From positions 13,161 to 77,160 of the forward strand of contig JALWYX010000012.1 in the NCBI GenBank assembly GCA_027078415.1: a DNA stretch of 64,000 bases, read 5' to 3'. Each line of letters opens with the position of its first letter. Position 1 is the first letter of the stretch. A program made the position numbers and the translations under genes. Shown here one piece after another: positions 54,693 through 63,803 of the stretch. The DNA is from Thermoanaerobaculia bacterium. Lineage in GTDB: Bacteria > Acidobacteriota > Thermoanaerobaculia > JALWYX01. A model generated the notes under the pieces. It saw only the letters and a program-made list of their open reading frames with translations. It made no database searches and was not told the DNA's origin.

Positions 54693-57194
54693 GTGCCTAA
54701 AAAGTTATATATAGTAGATGCGTTAGCAAATATATATAGAGCCTATCACGCTCTACCTGCATTGACTTCATCTAAAGGTGTACCTACAGGGGCTGTATAC
54801 GGTTTTTTGAAGATAATTTTGAAAATAGTTGATGATAAGCCTGATTATTTAGTGGTAGTATTTGATTCTTCACTTCCCACAGTTAGACATAGGGTGTATA
54901 GTGGCTATAAAAGTACGCGCCCTCCTACACCTAATGAGTTGAAAGAACAGATTCCTATTATTAAGCAATTTTTGTCTGCTATGGGTATCAACTATTTAGA
55001 AGTGGATAAGTACGAAGCTGACGATTTAATTGCTTCTATAGTAAATAAGCTGCCTGACGATCTGGAAGTTATTGTAGTATCTACCGATAAAGATATATTG
55101 CAGCTCGTTAGAAGAAACGTAAAAGTATATAAACCTACCACGGATGAGCTTTTTACAGTTGATATGGTAAAGAAAAAGTTTGGAGTATCACCAGAGTTGA
55201 TACCAGATTACCTAGCGATAGTTGGAGATAAAGTGGACAATATCCCAGGTATCAAAGGAGTTGGTCCTAAGGGTGCTATCGAGATTTTACATAATGCAGG
55301 ATCTTTGGAATCTGCTTTGGAAAAACCAGAATCTGTGAAGAATAAAAAGTTGTCTAAAAAACTTATGGATTTCAGAAATGATGCGTTGTTTTCGTTAACT
55401 CTCGTTCGCTTGGATGATTCAATACCGTTTAGTTTTTCTTTAGAGGATTTTAAATTGTCGGAACCGAATTACTCGGAGCTTAAAAAACTGTTGATAGATT
55501 ACGAATTTTTTTCTTTAATCGATAAATTTTTCCCAGATGCTAAAAATTCCGATAAAAGATGTGAAAAGGTAGATGTAACCGAGATACCAAACGAGTTTGG
55601 TGCATTTTACTTCAGGAAAAATGATTCGTCTTACCAATTAGCTTTTCGTGTGTCTGATGGTAGAGTATATATAGTTTCGTTATCTTCTGCTCAAGTTAAA
55701 AAGTTGTTGCTTTCTCCTGCTTCGTCGTTTTTTTGTTACGATTTGAAGGAGATAGTTAAAGAGCTAAAAGTTGATTTGCATAAGATAGTATTTGATGTCA
55801 AGATTCTTTCCCATCTTGAGAACCCTGATCGTAAAGATTATACGTTATCTACCTTGATATTTGAGAAAACAGCTGAGAAAGTATCTGAGCAAGATCTGGT
55901 TAATTGTGCATGTAGTTTGTGGGATTTAGGTGAGATACTTTGCAAGAAGCTAGAGAATAATAGGTTGTTAGATCTGTATAAAAAAATTGAATATCCTCTT
56001 GTAGAAGTTCTAGCTTTTATGGAGAGGAACGGGGTAGCTCTGGATATAGATTTTCTGAGACAACTTTCTTCAGAAGTTGCTTGCAAAATAGACGAATTGG
56101 AAAGTGAGATATACCGATTAGCGGGTGTTAAGTTCAATATAAACTCTCCAAAGCAATTGGGTTTCATTTTGTTTGAAAAGATGAAACTTCCTATACTGAA
56201 AAAAACTAAGAAGACAAAAAGTTATTCTACTAGTGCCGAAGTACTGTTAGAATTAGCTGAGTTGGGTTATCAGTTGCCAAAAATAATACTTGAGTATAGA
56301 GAACTTACTAAACTTAAGTCCACATATCTTGATGTATTGGTTAAGATGATAGACTCAGAAGGTAGGTTGCATACTACTTACGATCAAATTGGTACTGCCA
56401 CAGGTCGTATATCTTCAAGCAATCCTAATCTTCAGAATATTCCTATAAGGGGAGAGTTTGGGTCGAAAATAAGAAAAGCTTTTGTAGCTCCTGTAGGGAA
56501 GAAAATTATAGCTGCAGATTACAATCAGATAGAACTTCGAATATTAGCCCACCTTTCACAGGATAAGAGGCTTATGAAGGCTTTTGAAGAGGGGTTGGAT
56601 GTACATAGGGTTGTCGCATCTCAGATTTTTAACAAATCTCTTGAAGAGATAACTTCTGAGGAGAGGAGGATTGCAAAGACAGTTAATTTCGGTGTTATAT
56701 ACGGTCTGAGTCCTTACGGTTTATCGCAACAGTTGCGTATACCTGTAGAGGTAGCTAAGAGTTTTATAGAGGGGTACTTCGAGTATTACCCACAGGTAAG
56801 AGAATTTATAGAGCATTTGCAGAAACAAGCTGGTGAAAAAGGGTACGTTAAAACCTATTTTGGTAGAATTAGGTATATACCCAATATCCATTCTAGTAAT
56901 AGAACCCTTCGCGATGCTGCTAAGAGAATAGCTGTAAATACTCCTATTCAGGGAACAGCAGCCGATATTCTTAAATTAGCTATGATAGATCTGTTTGCTT
57001 GGATAAAAACTACCTCGTCTGATACAAAAATGGTATTAACGGTACATGATGAGTTGGTTTTTGAGACTGAGGAGAAGGAAGCAGATTTTGTAGCAAGGAA
57101 GATCAAAGATAAAATGGAACAAGTTGTTTCTCTCTCTGTTCCTCTTAAAGTTGATGTTGGAATAGGAAATAATTGGTTAGAAGCTAAAAAGTAA
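54693..57194 (+). CDS. polA: DNA polymerase I (5'-nuclease + polymerase; 3'-5' exonuclease motifs apparently absent, Taq-like)
   Basis: 833 aa, GTG start; 5'-nuclease motifs, polymerase motifs A (DYNQIELR) B (RRIAKTVNFGVIYG) C (VHDELV). Confidence 0.95.
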   Translation: MPKKLYIVDALANIYRAYHALPALTSSKGVPTGAVYGFLKIILKIVDDKPDYLVVVFDSSLPTVRHRVYSGYKSTRPPTPNELKEQIPIIKQFLSAMGINYLEVDKYEADDLIASIVNKLPDDLEVIVVSTDKDILQLVRRNVKVYKPTTDELFTVDMVKKKFGVSPELIPDYLAIVGDKVDNIPGIKGVGPKGAIEILHNAGSLESALEKPESVKNKKLSKKLMDFRNDALFSLTLVRLDDSIPFSFSLEDFKLSEPNYSELKKLLIDYEFFSLIDKFFPDAKNSDKRCEKVDVTEIPNEFGAFYFRKNDSSYQLAFRVSDGRVYIVSLSSAQVKKLLLSPASSFFCYDLKEIVKELKVDLHKIVFDVKILSHLENPDRKDYTLSTLIFEKTAEKVSEQDLVNCACSLWDLGEILCKKLENNRLLDLYKKIEYPLVEVLAFMERNGVALDIDFLRQLSSEVACKIDELESEIYRLAGVKFNINSPKQLGFILFEKMKLPILKKTKKTKSYSTSAEVLLELAELGYQLPKIILEYRELTKLKSTYLDVLVKMIDSEGRLHTTYDQIGTATGRISSSNPNLQNIPIRGEFGSKIRKAFVAPVGKKIIAADYNQIELRILAHLSQDKRLMKAFEEGLDVHRVVASQIFNKSLEEITSEERRIAKTVNFGVIYGLSPYGLSQQLRIPVEVAKSFIEGYFEYYPQVREFIEHLQKQAGEKGYVKTYFGRIRYIPNIHSSNRTLRDAAKRIAVNTPIQGTAADILKLAMIDLFAWIKTTSSDTKMVLTVHDELVFETEEKEADFVARKIKDKMEQVVSLSVPLKVDVGIGNNWLEAKK

Positions 57195-57347
57195 ATATCA
57201 CTTCCTAGATTTTACTTTAGAGTTTTTCTTGCAAATAGGAGAAAATACCGTTTTGTCACTACCTAGTGTAGTATTAGATGTTTTCAGGTAAGCGGTGGAG
57301 TATTAACTGTTGCGGCAATTAGGATACTTTTTTAAAGGTAACTTGTA

Positions 57348-58103
57348 TCAAGTAAGTAACAACATTACTGTAGCTAAAGCTATCCTGTATATTACGAAAG
57401 GAAGAAAAGTTCTAGTTGTTAGCCATTTGAGTAAAAGTTTTACCGTTATTGTTGCAGTGATGAATGCTGCGATAAACCCTAATAGGTAACTGTTTGTTGG
57501 AAGTATAACTTCTACGCCTTTAAAAAGGTCGTGGATGTTTTTGATTGCTACCATAATGCTTACTGGTAGAGATATCATAAAAGATATCTCAGCTGCGTCT
57601 TTACGTTTATAGCCCAGGGCTAAAGCTGCGGTTATTGTTATACCTGAACGAGACGTTCCTGGTATAAGAGCTAACGGTTGGAAAAGAGAAATTATAAGGG
57701 CATCTTTTATAGAAAACAGTTTTACAGTTTTCCTTTTACTGCTAAAATATTCGCTTATTCCCAACATTATTCCGAAAAAAAAGGTGGTAAGTATTACTAC
57801 ATCTGTATTTCTTGTTAAAGATGCTATTTCTTTTTGGAAAAGAAAACCTACTATACCGGTAGGGATGGAAGTTAATATTATTTTGGCCATTAAAGATTTT
57901 TTTAAAATTTTTTTATAGTATAGAGCTAAGATGGCAAGAAAGGTGGCAGAGTTTACTGTCATATCGAAGAGGAGCCCTTGGTCTGTGGAGGATAGTAGTT
58001 GCCCAATCAGAATAAGGTGCCCCGATGAGCTTATAGGTAAAAACTCGGTCACTCCTTGTACAACTCCTAATACTATTGGATGCAGATGTTTTTCGGATAT
58101 CAT
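57348..58103 (-). CDS. uppP: undecaprenyl-diphosphatase (BacA/UppP)
   Basis: 251 aa; conserved VTEFLPISSSGHL and PGTSRSG motifs. Confidence 0.9.
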   Translation of the reverse strand: MISEKHLHPIVLGVVQGVTEFLPISSSGHLILIGQLLSSTDQGLLFDMTVNSATFLAILALYYKKILKKSLMAKIILTSIPTGIVGFLFQKEIASLTRNTDVVILTTFFFGIMLGISEYFSSKRKTVKLFSIKDALIISLFQPLALIPGTSRSGITITAALALGYKRKDAAEISFMISLPVSIMVAIKNIHDLFKGVEVILPTNSYLLGFIAAFITATITVKLLLKWLTTRTFLPFVIYRIALATVMLLLT

Positions 58104-58193
58104 TGGTCGGTTATTTGTCTATTGTAATATAATTTATAATATTGTGTGATATGATGGGTTTGTTGTGACACCTGACGGGAGGTAGGAGAAAGA

Positions 58194-58778
58194 GTGATTA
58201 ATCTGCACAGTTTTCATACTTACAAGTTAGTAACAAACAAAGCAATTGAGTGTGTACAGGCTATTAGGTTGTTGAGTGAGCTTATAAGTGAAAATCAAGA
58301 GAATGCAGATATAAAAGGCGATTTGGAGAGTATAACAAAGTCGTGTGATCTTCTTGCCTCTTGTATAGATTCGATGAAACTTATTTTTTCCTCAGTTTTT
58401 TCCACCGACGCTAAGAGGTTGAAATTTATAGCAACCGTTATAGAAGAAAGATGGAGTGATCTATTTAAATCCAAGAATATAGAATTTAGGGTGGTGTTTA
58501 AAGATACTTCAGTAAAAGTTTGTTATGGTTTGTTATTGATGGTTGTCGATGCGGTGTTAAAGGAAAGGATTGAAATCCTTGAGGAGAAAGATATAGTATT
58601 TGTTACCCTTGAGACAGGTGATGGTATGAAGGTTAGTATAGTAGACACCGGTAAAGAGGATATAGATAGTGGTACTTTTGAAAATCTTAGGCTGGTTATA
58701 GAATATTTCGGGGGAGAAGTGTATAAAAAGCAGAGCGATGAAGGTTTCGAGATTATTTTTAGTTTTAGTTGCAAATAG
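58194..58778 (+). CDS. standalone degenerate GHKL (histidine-kinase-like ATPase, HATPase_c) domain protein
   Basis: 194 aa; C-terminal pattern VDAVLKE ... VSIVDTG ... FENLRLVIEYFGGEV ... GFEIIFSF resembles HK catalytic domain without DHp domain. Confidence 0.45.
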   Translation: MINLHSFHTYKLVTNKAIECVQAIRLLSELISENQENADIKGDLESITKSCDLLASCIDSMKLIFSSVFSTDAKRLKFIATVIEERWSDLFKSKNIEFRVVFKDTSVKVCYGLLLMVVDAVLKERIEILEEKDIVFVTLETGDGMKVSIVDTGKEDIDSGTFENLRLVIEYFGGEVYKKQSDEGFEIIFSFSCK

Positions 58779-59548
58779 GGAGGGTAGAAGACGTGGATAA
58801 AATAGAAGGAGATTTCCTTATTTTTGAAGAGGATGAGTTGCTATCTCAAATTTATGCCAGAGTTATAAGAAACGTTGTAGAGGGTGAGGTTGTTGTTGTA
58901 ACGAATCTGGATAATTTTAAGAAGTTCTCTTCTGAAGGAGTTTTCACAGGTGTGGTAATGGGGTTTCCCTTTCACGCTTATGAGATAGAAAAGAGTGTGC
59001 AAAATTTCTTGGATAAGAACATGTTTAGTAGAATTATGGTAGTAGAAAGTGAAAGTCTGTTATTTAATAGGTTTATAAGCTGGTTACGAGAGAATTATTC
59101 CGATAGATTTGAAGTTTTAACACGCCCTTTTACCAAAGAAGCTTTTGTTAGGAAGTTGAAATCCCTTGCTGAACAGAAGGTGTCTTGGGATTTGGATAGT
59201 GGTAATGAGGGGGATGATACTAGAGAATTTGCAGAGTCTGGTGAATTTATAATAGGAGTGCCTGAGTATCTGCAGCTTGCTTCTATGATGAGGCATTCTT
59301 TTATTTTGAAAGTCCAGATGAAGGATGGCAGGAAAGGCAAGATATATGTAGTAAATGGAGAAGTATGGGATGCGGAGATAGAGGGTAGAGATAACCCTCA
59401 CGACGCTCTTAGGGTGATGTTGTTTGGAGATGTTAAATCTACTTTTACTAAAGTTCTCAAAGATTTCCCTGAGCGTAAGATAATGGAAGATACAAATTCT
59501 ATTATGTTAAATTTAGCTAAAGATTACGATGAAAAGCAAATGTTATAG
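58769..59548 (+). CDS. pseudo-receiver (REC-like, phosphoacceptor Asp replaced) + C-terminal DUF4388/PATAN domain protein
   Basis: 259 aa; REC-like periodicity ending in LTRPFTKEAFVRKLKSL; C-terminal FIIGVPEYLQLASMMRHSFILKV...KIYVVNGEV DUF4388-like. Confidence 0.5.
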   Translation: MQIGRVEDVDKIEGDFLIFEEDELLSQIYARVIRNVVEGEVVVVTNLDNFKKFSSEGVFTGVVMGFPFHAYEIEKSVQNFLDKNMFSRIMVVESESLLFNRFISWLRENYSDRFEVLTRPFTKEAFVRKLKSLAEQKVSWDLDSGNEGDDTREFAESGEFIIGVPEYLQLASMMRHSFILKVQMKDGRKGKIYVVNGEVWDAEIEGRDNPHDALRVMLFGDVKSTFTKVLKDFPERKIMEDTNSIMLNLAKDYDEKQML

Positions 59549-59580
59549 ATAAAAAGGCAAAAAAAGTTGAGGTCAGATAA

Positions 59581-60405
59581 ATGGGAGGATATTCTATTGC
59601 TATTTCATCTTTAAAAGGTGGAGTTGGTAAAACTACCTTAGCTCTTAATTTGGGCTATGCGTTGGCTAAGCGAGGATGGAGAACGGTTGTTGTAGACGCT
59701 GATCCTCAAGGAGGTATGACGTACGCGTTAGCTGGCAAGGGGACCACTTCTGGTGGGTTGGTTTCTGTTCCTGCAGATCTGGATGAATCGGAGGTTGAAA
59801 AGGTTATTGTGAGATCCAAAAATAAAAATTTTTCTATAATACCCTTTGGCTATGCAAGCGTTGAAGAGGTAGAGAAGTGGAGTGATACAGTAAAAGATGG
59901 AGAATTTTTCTCTAAGTTATTTTCTTACTTAAGCGGTGTTTTTGACATTGTTATGGTCGATACACCACCCGGTATAAGTGGTTCTACTGTAGGAGTTCTC
60001 AAGGCGGTTGATTATGTTATATCTCCTTTGCAGGCAGAGCCTATGGCTGCTAGAAGTGTTTCTAAGATGTTGGAAAGTATTGTAGAACTGCGGAAAAAAG
60101 GTTCTAAAGCTAGGTTATTGGCGTTTGTTATAAATATGTTGGCTGCTAGGGATAAAAACTCTTTAGAGGTAGCACTCTCTGCATGGAAAGCTTTGCCTCC
60201 TGAAGTTGTTTTAGAAGTTACGATCCCCAAACACCCTATCTTTCTAGAAGCTAGTAGGCACGGTTTGCCTGTAGCTCTTATAGGAAGCAAAGAGAAGAGT
60301 TCTATGGTGGGAGTGATTTTTGATCAATTGGCTGCTATAGTAGAGGAAAGAGTAGGTTTGGTGGAGGTTTATGAGCATGATAGAACAGTCTCTCTTTTTG
60401 ATTGA
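59581..60405 (+). CDS. ParA/MinD-family P-loop ATPase (deviant Walker A)
   Basis: 274 aa; SSLKGGVGKTT deviant Walker A, DADPQG, Walker B VDTPPG. Confidence 0.8.
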   Translation: MGGYSIAISSLKGGVGKTTLALNLGYALAKRGWRTVVVDADPQGGMTYALAGKGTTSGGLVSVPADLDESEVEKVIVRSKNKNFSIIPFGYASVEEVEKWSDTVKDGEFFSKLFSYLSGVFDIVMVDTPPGISGSTVGVLKAVDYVISPLQAEPMAARSVSKMLESIVELRKKGSKARLLAFVINMLAARDKNSLEVALSAWKALPPEVVLEVTIPKHPIFLEASRHGLPVALIGSKEKSSMVGVIFDQLAAIVEERVGLVEVYEHDRTVSLFD

Positions 60406-60889
60406 AAACAGTAAACTTCGTGATTTGTGCTCCCTTGCTACAAGAGAAGAGATAGGATATGTGACAGAGAGAGTAAGAGAAACTGTAAAAGTGGAAGAGG
60501 AGAAACCTAAGAAAGAAGTAATACCCCTTTTGGAAATGAAAGGGTTATCTATAAGAAAAAAGCTTTCTTCTTTTCTAGATTGGGCAAGTTCTTTTATACA
60601 AGCAGATGAGATGCTTTTTGTGGACGATGAGGGTCTAATATTACACCGTGTAGGAGAAGAAAAAATCGGCTATTCTGCTATCTCTATGGTTATCAAATAT
60701 ATTTGTAAGATAATAGCAACAAAAGAATGTCTGTTTGAGTACCTTTCTATAAAACTGGGGGATAATGCTATCTACCTGTTTCCGGCAAAACTTCAGGGGG
60801 TGGATATTACCTTAGGTATATATGCTAGGGAGATTGAAGGTTATAAGATAGAAGCTGTTGTTAAAAATATAGGAAAATTGGACCAATAG
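60371..60889 (+). CDS. Roadblock/LC7 (MglB-like) domain protein
   Basis: 172 aa; LFVDDEGLIL ... AIYLFPAKLQGVDITLGIYA pattern matching roadblock fold; overlaps ParA 3' end. Confidence 0.55.
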   Translation: MSMIEQSLFLIENSKLRDLCSLATREEIGYVTERVRETVKVEEEKPKKEVIPLLEMKGLSIRKKLSSFLDWASSFIQADEMLFVDDEGLILHRVGEEKIGYSAISMVIKYICKIIATKECLFEYLSIKLGDNAIYLFPAKLQGVDITLGIYAREIEGYKIEAVVKNIGKLDQ

Positions 60890-60897
60890 GGAGTCTT

Positions 60898-61560
60898 ATG
60901 TCTAAAAGGGAGATTATTAACAAGTTGGTTGAGGCGGAGGAGATTTGGGGAGTAATTGTTGTTTGTAACGATAAAGTCTGCTTTGAGGAATGGTTTGAAG
61001 AGGGAAAAGTTCCAGCTGAATTTGTAAGTTTCTTTTTGGATATTGCTTCTGTTTTCGTAACCAAGTTTGAAGCTATGGGTATAGAAGTGGATTTAGAGAG
61101 TTACTCCGTGATAAGATTTGCTAACTTTATGCTATTTAGCGCTGTATTTGAGAACAGTATTATCGTTTTCTTTTGTGCACCCGAAGCTAGCGTTGGGCTT
61201 GTTAAAAAGTATTATAAAGAAGTTAGAGAGAAGCTTTTGAATACCGCGCTTGCTGAGTATAAGTCAAAGAAAAATGAGGAAGAGCTTATAAAAGAAGAAG
61301 TAGAAGAAGTAAAGGAAAGCTATATCGAAATAGATGATATAGAAGAAAAGAATGGAAATAAAATAAGTGCTAATGTTCTTGATGAGATAGAGAAAAAACT
61401 TTCATATTTGGAAGAGAAATACGGCGATCGAAATCTTATACTTCTTAGATTGGCTGTAAGAAGTGGGATACCACGGAAAAAACTGAACGATTTGAGAACC
61501 TTGTCGGAAGAGGAACTTTTCCAGTTGGGAAGTGCAATAGATAGCGTATATAAAATATAG
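60898..61560 (+). CDS. Roadblock/LC7 (MglB-like) domain protein with acidic coiled-coil C-terminal tail
   Basis: 220 aa; GVIVVCNDKVCFE ... SIIVFFCAPEASVGLV roadblock-like; EEELIKEEVEEVKE acidic tail. Confidence 0.5.
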   Translation: MSKREIINKLVEAEEIWGVIVVCNDKVCFEEWFEEGKVPAEFVSFFLDIASVFVTKFEAMGIEVDLESYSVIRFANFMLFSAVFENSIIVFFCAPEASVGLVKKYYKEVREKLLNTALAEYKSKKNEEELIKEEVEEVKESYIEIDDIEEKNGNKISANVLDEIEKKLSYLEEKYGDRNLILLRLAVRSGIPRKKLNDLRTLSEEELFQLGSAIDSVYKI

Positions 61561-61564
61561 TTTA

Positions 61565-62236
61565 ATGCCCTATTTTTTCCTCTTTGATGTTGATGGTACG
61601 CTGATTAGGTGTGGTGTGCAAGTAAAGCATATTTATGAGGAAGCTCTTCGTGAGATAACAGGGCTTAAAGTTCCAGAAGGCTACGATTTTAGCGGGAAAA
61701 CCGACTCGCAGATAACCTCTGAAATATTATCGTTGGGAGAGGTAGAAGAAGACAAAATAGAGTCTCTTATACCAGTTATAAAAAATCGTTATCTACAACT
61801 TTTAGATATAAAATTGGATCGTTCTAGTGTAGAGGTTTTGCCTGGAGTTTATTCTCTTCTTGATAAGTTAACAATCTTTGATCAAGTAAATGTAGGACTT
61901 CTTACAGGAAATTGGAAAAGAGGGGCTTATATAAAGCTTTCTCCTTTCGGTTTGGATAGTTACTTCCGGTGGGGGTTTTTCGGTGAGGATGGATATCTGC
62001 GTAAGCATCTAGTGCAGAAAGCTGTTAAATATGTTTCTTCGCAAGGAGGAAAAGTTGAAGATATAGTTATTGTGGGTGATAGTTGGCGAGATGTGGAGGC
62101 TGCTAAGGCTTACGGTATTAAAGCTGTTGGAGTAACAACTGGCTGGACTAGTGCAGATACTTTATTGACTTTTGGAGCGGACGTAGTTGTTGAGTCGTTG
62201 GAAGATAAACGAGTTTTAGATTTTCTTATAAGATGA
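61565..62236 (+). CDS. HAD-superfamily hydrolase (phosphoglycolate phosphatase-like)
   Basis: 223 aa; motif I FLFDVDGTL, motif IV GDSWRDVEAA. Confidence 0.65.
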   Translation: MPYFFLFDVDGTLIRCGVQVKHIYEEALREITGLKVPEGYDFSGKTDSQITSEILSLGEVEEDKIESLIPVIKNRYLQLLDIKLDRSSVEVLPGVYSLLDKLTIFDQVNVGLLTGNWKRGAYIKLSPFGLDSYFRWGFFGEDGYLRKHLVQKAVKYVSSQGGKVEDIVIVGDSWRDVEAAKAYGIKAVGVTTGWTSADTLLTFGADVVVESLEDKRVLDFLIR

Positions 62237-63033
62237 TAGAGAGTTTCAAAATTGGTCCCCTGGAAATAAGCCCTTTTGGGATTATGATAGCTATAGCCTT
62301 TTTAGCTTCTTATTGGCAACTGGCTAGATCGTTTGTAAAAAGAGGTATAGGAGATAAAGACGAAGCTTATAACGTTGTATTCGCTGCAGCTATAGGAGGG
62401 ATAATAGGTGCTAAAGTGTACTATGCTGTTTTAATAGGAGATTGGAACGTACTTTTTGAAAGAGCCGGATTTGTTTGGTACGGAGGATTTATAGGAGGTG
62501 CTTTAGCTGTATACGTGTACCTTAAAAAGCGTAATATTCCTATATTGGAAAGTTTTGACGAAATAATGGTTGCCCTTGCCCTGGGATATGGTATTGGTAG
62601 AATAGGTTGCTTCTTGGTTGGAGATGATTACGGAATACCCTCAAATTTACCTTGGGCCGTAGCTTTTCCTCATGGTGTCCCTCCTTCTACGGCGTATTAT
62701 CTTGATAGAGAGTTTGGTATAAAACTCACTGGGGTCTCAGGCGATACTCTCATACGTGTTCATCCTACTCAACTTTATGAGACTTTAGTAGCGTTTTCTA
62801 TTTACCTATTTGCTTTATACCTGCTGCCCAATCTTCCTAAAGGAGCTAAAGGTTCTATAGTTCTTATGTTGCTAGGTTTTGAGCGGTTCTTTGTAGAGTT
62901 TTTGAGAGCTAAGGATGATCGTTTTTTCGGTTATATAACTTTAGCTCAAGTTATTAGTGTAATAGTGATAGGTGTTGCTTTTGTTCTTCTTATATGGATT
63001 ATGCAAAAAGAAAGAAAGATACAAAACAAATAG
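62233..63033 (+). CDS. lgt: prolipoprotein diacylglyceryl transferase
   Basis: 266 aa; Lgt signature GYGIGRIGCFLVGDDYG, multiple TM helices. Confidence 0.85.
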   Translation: MIESFKIGPLEISPFGIMIAIAFLASYWQLARSFVKRGIGDKDEAYNVVFAAAIGGIIGAKVYYAVLIGDWNVLFERAGFVWYGGFIGGALAVYVYLKKRNIPILESFDEIMVALALGYGIGRIGCFLVGDDYGIPSNLPWAVAFPHGVPPSTAYYLDREFGIKLTGVSGDTLIRVHPTQLYETLVAFSIYLFALYLLPNLPKGAKGSIVLMLLGFERFFVEFLRAKDDRFFGYITLAQVISVIVIGVAFVLLIWIMQKERKIQNK

Positions 63034-63803
63034 GTAATATTCTGCTTGTCGGAGGATTTGATCCATCAGGAGGAGCTGGAGTACTAGTTGATTATTATGT
63101 GATACGTAGCTTAGGAGCGGTTGCTTGTGTTTGTCCTACCGCTTTAACCGTACAAACTCATAAGAAGTTTTGGGGTTATAAGCCTTTAGAGAATAAAGAA
63201 TTCGAGGATATATTAAAAGCTGCTGTGGAATCTATGATAGAAGTTGATGCAATAAAAATAGGCATGATACCTAGGCTGGAGCAAGTTTATATATTGTTGA
63301 ACACTATAGCAAACTTGAAGGTGCCTGTAGTTCTAGACCCTGTTGTTTTGTCTACTTCTGGAGGTTATCTTGTAGATGATCTAACCGTTTACAAAGAGCT
63401 GATGAGTGTTGCAAGTTTAGTTACACCTAATTGGATAGAAGCGAGACGTTTGTTTGGCTTGGAATCCAAAGATTTGAACAAGTGGGAAGAAATTTCTGCA
63501 AAATCGGGAGTTGCTATACTTTTAAAAGGGGGCCATAGGAGTGGTAGGGTAGTAGAGGATATACTTTTCTATAACGGTTTGTCTTATTCGTGGAAGAGGA
63601 GTAGGTTGGAAGGTTGTTTTAGAGGTACAGGATGTTTTTTGTCCTCTGCTATAACTTTCTATCTAGGCTGTGGCTACGATCTACCTTCGGCTGTGGATAA
63701 AGCTGAAAACGTTATAACTGGTGCTTTAAAGAAAAGCGTACTTTTGTGTGATGAAGTGTACTTGCCTGTCTATATCCATTTCCGTAGATATTCGTCACTG
63801 TAG
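62994..63803 (+). CDS. thiD: hydroxymethylpyrimidine/phosphomethylpyrimidine kinase (ribokinase superfamily)
   Basis: 269 aa; N-terminal GGFDPSGGAGVLVD and C-terminal GTGCFLSSAI motifs. Confidence 0.7.
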   Translation: MDYAKRKKDTKQIGNILLVGGFDPSGGAGVLVDYYVIRSLGAVACVCPTALTVQTHKKFWGYKPLENKEFEDILKAAVESMIEVDAIKIGMIPRLEQVYILLNTIANLKVPVVLDPVVLSTSGGYLVDDLTVYKELMSVASLVTPNWIEARRLFGLESKDLNKWEEISAKSGVAILLKGGHRSGRVVEDILFYNGLSYSWKRSRLEGCFRGTGCFLSSAITFYLGCGYDLPSAVDKAENVITGALKKSVLLCDEVYLPVYIHFRRYSSL

